Positions 1-12,400 of a stretch of 64,000 nucleotides of DNA are shown in pieces. Each line of letters starts with the position of its first letter. Positions within the stretch are counted from its first letter, which is position 1. Source of the stretch: Phoronis australis. Taxonomy: Eukaryota; Animalia; Phoronida. Both the position numbers and the translations under genes were made by a program. The notes under the pieces were generated by a model. That model was not told the DNA's origin. It saw nothing but the letters and a program-made list of their open reading frames with translations, and ran no database searches. The DNA lies in contig NMRA01000066.1 of NCBI GenBank assembly GCA_002633005.1, forward strand, positions 651,199-715,198. The letters are read 5' to 3'.

Positions 1-3000
1 GGCAATTAAGACAATGACGATAATTGGCAATTTATAGAAACAAAATACAAAACAACTGATGCTCTGTTATATCTCTTGTTAAGCTAATATCTCTAAGACC
101 TCTATCCCATCCAACAATGCGTTTTTGACAGTAAAACCAATAGTGTCCCTTCAACAAGACATTGCATAAGTCAAAAACATGCTTTATTTCCTCCAGGTAC
201 TGTAATTTTGATTATTAAAATACAGATAGCTGTGAAGTAAGTATTACATATTATGACGATTAAACCGTGACGCATCTTACGACCTACGAGAAATCTAGCA
301 AGATGTTGAGCGAACCACTTCCTGATACTTGCCTTGGACGTGATCTTACTGACTTTCACTGTTCTTTTTGTGAATGCACACCAGGGATGCGATTCGTGCG
401 AGAAAACGACATCACGCAAGTCTTCGCGAGATATCCCCATGTGCTACAGACGATCGCAAGGAAATGGTTACAAAAATTAAATCGCTAGTTGTTTGTATTT
501 ACTTTGAGGTTATGCGAGCGGAAAGTGCCAACTGAAAAAGACGCAAAGCAGCCGCTGTTGCAATGTACCATAATGGTCTATGATTGAAATTTACATTCAA
601 TGGGCAATCATGATCTAGAAATTAGTGACCATTTAAGAATGTCAGATTGCGCAAATTTCTATGTGACAATCTTGATAACTAAAATGTGTTCGACTCCTTC
701 CTTTTTATTTTATAGAAAACAAGAAGGGTATCAGCAGTAAAATGTTAAAGACAAAAATTGACGGTGTTATTTTTTGTGTAAATCTCAAAACGCAAAATTT
801 GAGCCACTCAAAATCTAGAAAAAAACGTTTTCCTGTGCCAACGCTAAGTGAACCCGGAAATATATTAAAAGCATTTCGCAGCTAAGTTAGTCTGTTTACA
901 AAAGAAATTGTATTAAATTGAGATAGATTTTCAGCAATCCATGTTTTGACTTCACATTTTACTAGAGATGTCTCTGTTTAGGTGTCTGGATCCGAAAATC
1001 CCAACTCGTGGTCCGCCCTTGCTTTGCAGATTTGCAGTGAGCAAAGACCGAAATAAAAATATCGAAAATTAAAAAAAAAAACAATAATAAATTACAGTTG
1101 TATTGAATATCCTTAGTTTGTCGTGTTTTACTTTGTCGATTCAATGTTGTGTATGAAATGATCCCTTCGTCTTTGTAGTACAGAGTTGGCACCTATCACA
1201 ATCATGTCACATTTGCAAAATGGAACAAAACTCGGAACATAACTGCCACGGAATCTTCTCTTACGTATTAGTAATTCTTCATGTACTTTTTGCTAGTTGC
1301 AGTTGTTTGAACATTTATCAATAGACCTAATAACTTTGTCACCAATTTTTGTTCACAGGCCCACATCACTTGCGTCGACTTCCCACTGAATACAAAGGAG
1401 ACTGATATATACGCCCTCTTTAATAATTACGTAGTTCACTTGCCTCGTTTGCAAGTCTCTGTAGGTGGTAAGTACTCATTTTTTATGTTAGAGCGAAGAC
1501 GTTTGTTACAAACAATGGACATGGCGCCACTTGTTTTCTATGTTGTAAAGTATTTGAAATACTTTACAGTCCAACTTCCATAATCTTTACATTTTCGTGA
1601 AAAAATTTCAATCGAAAAGTTCACACTAGAAGATATACGTAACATCCACCAGCATCGCTCTTTGCTACCATGCATGCAGTTAGTACAACCAATGGGATCA
1701 TCTATAGTGCGGCCACCATAGGGAATACATATTTAATCTCCTACCCATTACGTCATTCCTGTTATATACGGGAACGGTGTCACTGGAAGATTTAAATTGT
1801 ATTTCAAGTGCTTCATGTATCAATCCCACAAGTAGGTCTCTATGCTATTCATGTCTCGTGCAAAAGGTCACTGGATCCATATCCTTTACGTAAAATCCTT
1901 CTCTAAGTTTATTTGCTGGTTTGCAACACTATGTATGCTGTTCAATGTAGTTGTGTAATACAATTTCTGACAAATCAATTGTTTTGTACGTACAGGCTGG
2001 TCGCATTCTTATAAACGATTAGATGTTACGTTATCTTTTATAGCCTTTCTGTGTTCCGTCAAACACTGTGTTACAAACTTTGGTTTTGCAGTAAACTGGA
2101 ATGGAATTTTCGTTGTCAACAGCAACTCTACGTATGCCAACACGACCGCTCCAGTAGTGAAGTGGGATGAGCTTTGAAAGATCACTGTGCTCGTACGTCT
2201 CGTGTTGAAGCTTCGCCCCTTCGCATTTTTGAACACTTACACAAAGTAAACCACACCGTTTTGAAGAACACCAGGCGGCGCTCGATAATCTGCTACCGTG
2301 CCCATGTTGAGTGTAGGCTTCAATCAAGGACACAAAGATAGTTTAGAAAAAAGTTGCTCTTTACAATTTATTATTATATTGAAACAATTTCCCGAGACGC
2401 ATGTGTAACGACACGTATAAGGCTACCATTGTAACAATACATAGATAGACGTTCAAGGTTTTTTAACTATGGTGCACTTGTTCAACTCTACCATTGTGCT
2501 ATTTCCTAATACATGTACGATGATTGTGTTATCGTCAAAATATAAGGAAACTTCTCATAGGCACGTTTTCGTCTTATTTTGTAACCGTGCTTGTGTCATT
2601 GCTGTTCTCCGGTATATTAGAAAATACACTCTGAGGAAAGTAAACGTTACTGGGGGAATGAGGTGTAGACATTATGAACGTTAACTTTGCCTTTCGTCAA
2701 CACGGTCGACACAAACAAATGTCACAACATTCGGTCGCTAACATTTCCCACCACTTTTCTGGGTAGTCACAACGTTCAAAACTGTCCGCAGTGGCAACCT
2801 TAGAGCTGCTAATTAGTGCGAAGGACAAGTGCGTCCCGCCTCCTACGCTCATACTAACAAGCTGTATGGTGCGAACGCATGTGTATCTTTAACTCCAAAG
2901 GTACACCACTTGCGGTGCCTCTACGCACTACGCATATAAAGTAACTTCTAGTTCCTTATAGAAGAAATTGTCAAACAACGATAATTTCTGCCAATTTCGT

Positions 3001-3317
3001 CCATACCAAAGGTCAGTTTTTAGGAAATGGAAACGGAATTTTCAAAGAAGCAACAAACTCAATCTCGACGGTTTAAGAGCGTCAGATTTCGTTAGGGATG
3101 ACGTATCGAATCTCCGGTTGCTCATACCTGTAGGTGTCGTGTGCGTCTGTTCCATTGCCAGTTTTTCAAGATGGGGAAATCAGGAATGTATCAAGAGCAG
3201 CAGCAGATCTCTTAACAACGAAAGAAATGTTTCACTAAAACTTCACGCATTAATTTGCAGTTATTCGCTCCTCCAAGGTCCTTTCTTCAGCCCAAACCTT
3301 TTTACTACTGTAACGTG

Positions 3318-3431
3318 TCACAGCTCGGAAGACCGTCGTGTGTTCTGGCGTTCGTTCAACAGTTTGGTGGATTTTCCTGCTGCCGTTATCTTGTTCAGCA
3401 CTTCTTCCAAATCCGGCCTGAGCGCGTACGC
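3318..3431 (-). CDS. JmjC-TPR gene exon 9 (terminal)
   Basis: AYALRPDLEEVLNKITAAGKSTKLLNERQNTRRSSEL*; completes the TPR begun in exon 8. Confidence 0.75.
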   Translation of the reverse strand, partial: AYALRPDLEEVLNKITAAGKSTKLLNERQNTRRSSEL

Positions 3432-6400
3432 CTTGAATAAAATTGACAAAGCTGATTGCATTCCCATTCGTAGTAATCACAGACCGCTATGGAAGACCCC
3501 TAGGCTTAGCCAACGTTAACATGGTCTTATCACAACGTTTTAAGGATTCTGGACACTGTCGCATTTTCGTGAATGATAATGTTTCATTTTTGACACAAAC
3601 AACGTTGTATTTCCTATCACGTGCAGAGGCGGATCTACAGGGGGGGCTCATTGGGTTCAAGCCCCCCCCTCGGGACAGAATCAAAAATAAAAATTAAAAT
3701 AAATTTCGCCAGAAAAAATGAAATCAGCTGCTAAAAACCACAAAAAATGTTACCCGAGAGGAGGGAAACCCCCTCCCAACCTTCCTTTCGCTCGGTGCTA
3801 CGCGCCTCGGACAAAACCGCAGCTACTTTTACACCTAATTTTTCTTCTCGACTTTTGCAATATCTTACACGATATTTGAAAAATATTCACTTTTTCTTTT
3901 AAAATACTGCAATAGAGGTAGTTTTACACTACCTCCAAAAACTGGTCCAGAGCAGCAGGCACGTTATCCTGCCGCGTAAGAAATTCTCCATATTCCAGGT
4001 ACACTGCGGAACCAGGTTTTTGCTTCAAAGCTCTTTTGAAAATCTTTGAAGCCTCTTTAACACGACCTTGCTGAAAACACAAACAACAAAATCAAACTTA
4101 CAACAAGGTCATTTTGTACCTTTGATTAACATTTTGTAAAAAATTACAAAATATTTATAAAGAAAGTTTTGTAAAATGTTCCAGTTACAAATAGTAGCAT
4201 GACAACAAACTCTTAATCACACCACAATGGCGTGTCTCCACGTGACCAGAGTTCAGTGTAAAGTTCAATAAAAGTCTCGCTGCGAGAAAATACGATATCT
4301 CTTGCTTTTGGAGCGAGATATTTGCGTTACTAAACACCTTACAGTTGAGCAATGTGAGATTTTTTTTGAACTGAGGATTTTTGAAATAAGCATTGCGAAA
4401 ATATTAGAGAGTGGTAATGTTTATACACACGAACATTTGAACAGAAATTACCCTCTCCTTTGTCTTTGCTAGAGTAGTGCACGCTCTTGTGTTGTAAGGA
4501 TCCATGAGCAAAATTTGGCTTAGTATGTTAATTGCACCTGTGGAGTTCCCAGTCACGTACTCGTATTCAGCTAACATATTCATGACTTCTGTGTTTCCTA
4601 AAACAATGCAGTGGGCAGTTGTAAAACATACTCCTGTGGTAGTACGATAACCGGATCAAGTAACCTTGCAAAGTCTCTTGGCAGTAAATTTGAGACATTT
4701 TTTTGATGTGCTGAGTTGATGCATGCCAATGGGTAGGCATATTTCTGAATTCAACATGGCCGACAGAATGGCCACATTTGATCATAACTTTCTATCTCAA
4801 TACAGTAGGAAAGGGCCTGATAAAAATTCTTGTATTTTCAATGTCAAGTCGTCTAATGCTGTAGTTATTTTATCAACTGGAAATATAAAGAACGCTAAAA
4901 AATTCAAACTTAGATCAATACCACAAAATGTGCGTCTATTGATAAGCGTATGTGTTGTATGAATGTGTGTGAGCGCGTGTGTGTGTAAGGATACTTGTAC
5001 ATGTTTCCACAGCTCTGAAAGATTAAACGATCCTAGTGGGTCCAGCGTTTAATTACAACGGAAACACGAACACGCGGGGGGCTCTCACGAGCACCCTAAT
5101 TTGGCGAATTGGGCAAAAAGGTCCGCCTCAGCGAAACAAAAAGTCCAAGTAAACGAGACAAAAGTCCACAAAATTCACGGGAAGTCGGCGCGGATGCAAG
5201 GTACGTCGGCCTGAACCTAGTGTCCCCGTTTTGTTTAGTCCTCGTGGATTTCTTTCAGTAAAAGGACCGCTTACCGAAAAATTTGAGCCCCCTACATTTT
5301 AGGCTGGATGCGTGCAAGTTTTACTCAAGAGTCGAGAGCTTCATTCGTGAGAGGACTAGCTCGTTGGGGAATAAATGCATCCGGTCCTCTGTGAGCTCAG
5401 TAATGCCCGGTGCTTCGTTTTAAGCAGAAATTCCATGTGTCATTTTCCTCTACATGCACATGTAAGTAACCGTTGACAACCAACATATGTTCGAAGGTGA
5501 AGACATTCAGGTAACCTTGTTGACTGAGTTTTTGCATTGCATCCATAGATGACAACTTAATCTTTACGACACGTGGGTGGGCAAGAGGGTTGATTGACCA
5601 TTGGAAACTTGTCAAGCTATTAGTTGAATAGGATCGCAACATCGATTAAAGCACAGATAGACACCAGTTTCAGGCAAGCACTGTGACTGCCGTCCTTTGG
5701 AGACTGGCGAATGCGTCACTGGTTCCACGTCTTTGCTGCCAGTTCAGTGTTCATAGTATTGCTGATACGACGACTACGCCAGTTGTGGGTCAGACGGTTA
5801 GGCGTTTCGACACTTCCTACAGTAAAAGATTTTTTAGCTGCGAATTTCCACTCGCTATTTCCATTCTTCCTTCGAAGTGTGTAATTGACGAGGTATGTGG
5901 TTACGTCACACATCAAGATGTGCTGGCTCACCGTAAGAATGGCAATTGTCCGAACATAAGCCGCAGACAGATTTTATACCAAAAAACAAGCAAGTGCAGT
6001 TGCCTGTTTTTCCGAAGTGAAGTGCAAATCCACGAAGACGTGGCGCGTAAAATATTCTCAGTTGATCAGCACCAATCTCAAGTGCTTTGATTTAGTTTAG
6101 TGATGTTCGTAACTAACATAAATTATTATTATACTTTTAAAAATTCCCTATGTTACTGTTGAACCAGGGAAAGTAACTCTTATGGTAATTAGCTCTATAT
6201 GTTGGCCGTAGCAGTGCAGTCCAGCATGTGATACCGTTGGATTTGGGGGCTGAAACTGATTTTTACTGCTTTTGGATGATTGCGTAAACTATTGGAAATA
6301 ATGGGGTTAAAGGTTTCTGGCCAGAGCACCTTTTTGGGAGCTCGTCCGCATTCAACCCATAACATCAAATTCCTAGTTTGCAACGTTATGGCAAATCTGT

Positions 6401-9400
6401 AAAAACGTTGCAATTTCAGTTCCATCGTTATCCATAGAAATGTGGCCCTGTGAAATGCTGATGTCACGTGACGCATAGACAACAGTTTCCAATGCAATAA
6501 ACTAAGAATGCTTCCGTTGATGGTGTGCGGTTATTGCATACGACAATGATATGAACAAATGCTGAATCACATACCTGGTAGTCTTACTAATAACTGTCGT
6601 GTCTGTCGCAGTGTCTTCTTGAAACCAACTTTAACCTCTTGAAGGAAAGGAGGATGTATGTTAGACTTATGTTCCAGGAATCATAGAACACCGTCATGAT
6701 ATTGTCAAAATATAAGTACATAAACAAAAATTATTTAAAACCAAAGGCATAATGACGGCAGGACGTAAGATTATGAGCATATTTTAGATGCCGCTTGTGC
6801 GTAGATTGCCAATTTTCAATGTGTGAATCTCAAGATGTAAAATGTAGATAGGTAGGTAATCGTTTACAGATCTCCTTTTTGTTCAGGTACCTTAGGTAAT
6901 CATGCATTTGTTAACTCAGAACAGAGGATTTCATTACGTTTTCCTAACACCGATTAATTTTTGTGCCAGGAACACTTGGTAAAGTGCTTCAAAATTAATG
7001 TGATATTTTCAGCGAGAAATTTCAAAATGGCGCGAAATCGAACCTATTGCTTCATAGTTCTGGTCAAACTTATAACTTCAAAAATCTACAATAATCCCAT
7101 TTTTGGTTGAAAAACCATAATGTCACGTTAACTTTTGACTTAAGAATACATTAAGCACGACTGGACGGCATTAATTAACATTTAATCAAATCACCTTTAT
7201 CCAGAACACTGAACGTGTCATCTTGTCGATCTATCGATTCTACAGTGACGTCAATGTTTTGTGCCGAATCCACAGTCGCATAGTAAAAGTTTTCAGGCTG
7301 AAATTTTATATTTGTGTAAGATCAAACCGACATGAACTCTGAAAAAAAGTTACATCTAGCAGTAGCTCTATGAGGGCAGTCGTTGGTGATTAAATCGTAG
7401 GGGTTTAGAAGAGTTGGCATTGGGTAATATAACCCTCGTTAAAGCTGCCCTCTGACAAAGCGCCACCTATACTGAAAAGTGGCCCTGTGGAACCTGATGG
7501 ACGACACATGGAATTCCGTTCCTGGGCATCAATGCGCATGCCTTAATCGAAAGTATACTGATCACATTGCCACCACTTACTCACGCCTTTATGTACTGTA
7601 CTTGTTTTGGGCTTGATTTTGTTCAATTCGATCACTGCCCGTTTTAGTACATTGCAACTATTCAAGTCAAATGTGGTCTCCATACTACGTGACAGTAAAC
7701 TGAAAGGGGTTTCCCAGATTTCAACCAGTGGGAATGACTGAATGTTATGACGTCGGTTTCATTATTTTAACCAATGAGAAGCCATGTTAAACAACAATCT
7801 ACAGTGCTACCTTTCATAGCACTGTGAAAGAGTGTTGACGTTAAGCATTCGTTCTCATGAAGCTTCTTCCGGTCTTCCATGTTGCAGCGACCTCACGTGA
7901 CCAGGTTTTCACCTTACTTTACTGGGCTTTCGCTGAGAGAAGCTCACAGCAATTTACGTAATGAAGTTCGTAAATTATACATATTGTACTGACATTTTCA
8001 TCCTTTATGTAAATTTTACGAACACGGATGTTAATTGCAAGATTGGAGATTCGCCAGGCCACAGAAAAAGTTGAATACTCGCGTTGAACTCGAATTATTG
8101 CTAAAACGATAACGCTTGAGCAGTTTAACACAGGGTTAAAGACTACAGAAACTGCAAAAGACTTACTATGTACACGATATCGCCAGGAAATTGAATGCAC
8201 TCCAGCGGCCTTTGTTTCTTTGTCAGTTTCGGGTACACTGAGCTCAACCAGGTTACGGGACTAAACGCACGAGACACGCCTATATAATCAACATTGTTTA
8301 TTTACTGATTCCCATAAACATTCAAATGTTGTGCTATGATCTGTGTGGTACAAGACTGCCATTCAATGAGGTACACTGAGAACACACGGGTTAAGTTACT
8401 ATTGGCTCACATGCTAAATAAATTTCAGGTCTTATACCTTTGCTCGAGTTTTTGAGCTGATTGTTGGTTGCATTTCGTGTTGCAGCTAAGTATAACGACG
8501 TCTGTTTTTACGAGTCAATTAAGACTTAAAAGATTGAATATTTTTCTTACTATCCCACTTCACAATTGCTGAAAAAGGTTTAGTGAAATAATCATAAGCG
8601 CATCATAATCCTGAGATATTTTATAGAAATTATCTCACAAACTAGTAGTTAGTGTGTGTGTATTTTCAGACTTCGCACTTTTGATCAGGGAAGATTTTGA
8701 TTATTCTATGGAAGTAGCCGTGTAAAGCGAAGGCCAAATTACTGACTCAAGTATTAAATGACTTTTCATGAAACAGATACAAGGCCATGGAACCTGATTA
8801 TTCTTAATAAAATCACCGTTGTCTAGTATACATGTGAATGTAAGTCGATAAAAGGTTTTGCGAATACTTACCACCAGGGGGTGTTGTTTCCTTGGGATAC
8901 ACAAACCATCGTCGTTGTCCGGATATAAGACCATTCCATAATTCTGAACCCCGCTTAAAGCTGAGGTAATTTGTGGCGGCACTGACGGAAATGTATGTCG
9001 CAAAGTCACCCTGACGATGATAAGTCCTTAGAGTTAGTGCAGAACATTAAAATGAAGGCCGATCACTTACTGATGGTACATGGGTCAAAGGGGAATGATA
9101 ACAACTATAACAAAGATTTTTTTTGTTGACAATTAAAAACATTGTGAGTTTTTCAAAAGGTACAGGATTTTACCTTCTGAATTTGAGTTACTGCTTGTTG
9201 GCGAGAACCGATTATGGTCACTCAAAATAAAAACAACAATTTAGGCTCGCATGTTTTCGAACGAGATGCACTGTAATGGCTCGATCGGGAAAATTTTGTA
9301 GAAAGAAGCGTGTTAATGTTTTTAATTCGCGGCTACATTTCGTTCCGTTCCAGCATTAGCATGTACCCCCTCTATTGTTCAGAATGTGAACAGAGATTTT

Positions 9401-12400
9401 ACCCGGTGCTCATTATTTTCTTCAACAATGATTTTCTAGCTTGCACTGTGACGTTCGCTTCTTGAGAGACCAGGCTAAAGTTGAACAGCTATCTCGAAGC
9501 GAGAAAAACCTAGCCACGTGCTCTCATTGAAAATACACAGCAACATCTGGTTGAATATCTCGACATCTTGTTCTTCACTGATATCTGGGTTCAGGATCTA
9601 ATCTTTTTACTCAAAGATGCATTTGTCATTTAGCGTTCTCCTTCAACACTAGCTTTAAGACAATCATATACATGTATTAGTCTGTACTTGAGTATATTTT
9701 GAATTACAAACCATGTGTACTGGTCCCAGCTAGATTCGAGCCACAAATTCGACCTTTCGAGTAAAAACACAAATTTCAGAGTTCAAACTCCAACTTACAA
9801 GTAAATGAGAAATCTTCGAATGCATTTTTTCTTCAAGGCTATGATAATTGATTAACGCAAAAAAATTAGAAAATCCGTCTACCGGTTGTGTAGAAAATAA
9901 AAACCCGCAATGTCGTAAACGTGAACGGGGATAAAAGCATTATAAGCAAAACGTTGAAGCTTCATCATTCTTCGGCTAAGCTACTCGACTTATTTCACGA
10001 AACATACCGAATTTTATAGTAAACCGAGAGACCTCTTACTGAAGAATCCATCTCCATCATTTCCGTTAACAATCGGATATTTGACATTTTAGCCTCCTGT
10101 AGTAAGACATCGAGCTTATCCAGGAGACATTGCATTTCACTCACTCGTGTGATTTTGCGTGTTCTTCCGTAATCTCGCTATCTCTACAAAACGCACCATG
10201 TTCAGACAAAACAGCTCCTAGAAACAAAAGTTCATTTGTGCGTACGGTTAGTGCGCCTTCACGATTCTTATGGTTTATTAAAGCAGCAAACTGATACAAT
10301 GCGCCTCTACTCACCAGGTGGCGAGACCGGCTCGACCTTGGGTCGACTAACCGAGAATTGCGACAGCCCGTCATCCAATAATAACGTTCAGCAAATAGAC
10401 AATTAATGGGTATTGCAATCAGAGGAAATAAAGTCCTGTTATCAAAAGCAGAAATGGGCACTAAGTATTGCTGTTGTTTCCTGATATTACAAGATAAAAA
10501 CTATTATAATAATAATCAGGAGCCGAGATATTGTATAAGTCGAAATCGAACTCGAAAACATTTTAACATTTTCCGATCTGCTTTGCTATAAACTCAAGAT
10601 ACGTGTCTGCCTTTGTATGCTAGAGTATATTGTGATTTACGTGGGTGACATTTGATGACAAATATCCATTGTTAATTGCAATGATGGGCATGGTTTCTTC
10701 CGTAAGAGGTCTCTCGATTTACTGCAAAAATCGGTAGGTTTCGCGAAATAAGTTGAGTAACTTAGCCGAACAATACTGACGCCTCAACGTTCTGCTTATA
10801 ATGCGTTTATCTCCGTTCACGGTTACGACATAGCGGATTTTTATTTTCTTTGCAACCGTAGACGGATTTTCACAATTTCTGCGTTAATCCATTATCTTCG
10901 TCATGAAGAAAAAAATGCTTTCGTGGATTTCTCATTTAATTTTTTGACTTATCAATCAACCGTTAAACAAGGAGCATTGTCGCCATTCCTGTTTTCAAAG
11001 TAAAGTTACTGAGACTTTTTATATATTTATTTAAACAAAGTACAGTGTATTTCACAGTACTAAAAGCAGAACACACAAACACGTACACATACATACATCA
11101 CAAACACACCCGGCATCAGAATATTATCAAAGACGAAAATATACAAATAGATGAAACACTTGAGTACCCAGAAGCTATTTCATAACGCNAAAATGCTTTC
11201 GTGGATTTCTCATTTAATTTTTTGACTTATCAATCAACCGTTAAACAAGGAGCATTGTCGCCATTCCTGTTTTCAAAGTAAAGTTACTGAGACTTTTTAT
11301 ATATTTATTTAAACAAAGTATTTCACAGTACTAAAAGCAGAACACACAAACACGTACACATACATACATCACAAACACACCCGGCATCAGAATATTATCA
11401 AAGACGAAAATATACAAATATATGAAACACTTGAGTACCCAGAAGCTATTTCATAACGCATGTAATAGTGGAAAAACTAGTTCCACGCAATTTGAAACCC
11501 TTTGATGACTTTTTGTGTCTTCTGGTGGTCTACTGATAAATTGTCTTTATTGGCATTTCTGTCGGTCACGCATCCATCCACTGTCAAAGTTTCAAGTTTG
11601 ATTGTTAGTTCATACTATGTCTAGATGCTGTAAACATAATTATGTGAAACGTTATCAAGGAGTTTATAGGTCCGTAAACACGCAGTATATGGTTAATTCG
11701 AGCGGATATTTTTCCGGTATATCGTTGATCGGCGTTGCTGGCCTCTCAATTGCACTGGAAACAATCAAACGGCTTTCTTACACCGCGCATGATTGTGTGG
11801 CTAAGATAGCGAACTATCCTTGTGTTAACATGTTTCCGCCACTTAGTTGGCAGGAATGCATTAGCTTGATTGACGTTTCGGAACTGTTGCATTGCCGAGC
11901 AATGTTCGAAACATTGGGGAATGCATCAGAGGTGATGGTGCTTCGGGGTGACCGATATCCAACAATTATTTGTGTGGTCTAAAATTGCGTCTCACTCTAT
12001 CCGCGAAAGGTTTTTGCAGAATAAGTAGAATACCTGTTTATGTAAACACAGTACTAGCATATTTTACCGATGAACAGAATGTATATGTTAATTCAAATAT
12101 GAAAGTTTATTTGACATGTGGAACAATAATTGCTTGTACGACGACCTACCTGTAACTTGAGAAGGTGTTTAATATCAACATGATCGATGAGTTTTTGATT
12201 TGACACGAAATCATCGGGTAAGACGAATCTGAAAACAACATAAACATCATTTATATTCGAGGTCATATCCCAAAATCAATTTTTTTGGATTGTACGGATT
12301 GTCTTGCGTGATCACGACCCCTGCCGTCTGATTTTGCTACTTTTGCAAGAACGCATCACCCGGAATTAAGGCATGTGAGAAAGCATGGACACAATTTCTT

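Noticed and set aside
2009-2333. Possible exon(s) of another minus-strand gene (MGTVADYRAPPG...|GTAAGT)
   Set aside because: No recognisable domain and no consistent downstream exon chain found
2968-3519. 183-aa plus-strand ORF
   Set aside because: TTG start, no motifs, antisense to the last exon and 3' UTR of the JmjC gene
7582-7699. Candidate extra exon of the JmjC gene (LLSRSMETTFDL...)
   Set aside because: It would interrupt the contiguous DIVYI-PENFYYAT motif and is not needed for phase
10912-11459. Recent tandem duplication
   Set aside because: Centred on a single N with near-identical copies; most likely an unmerged contig overlap
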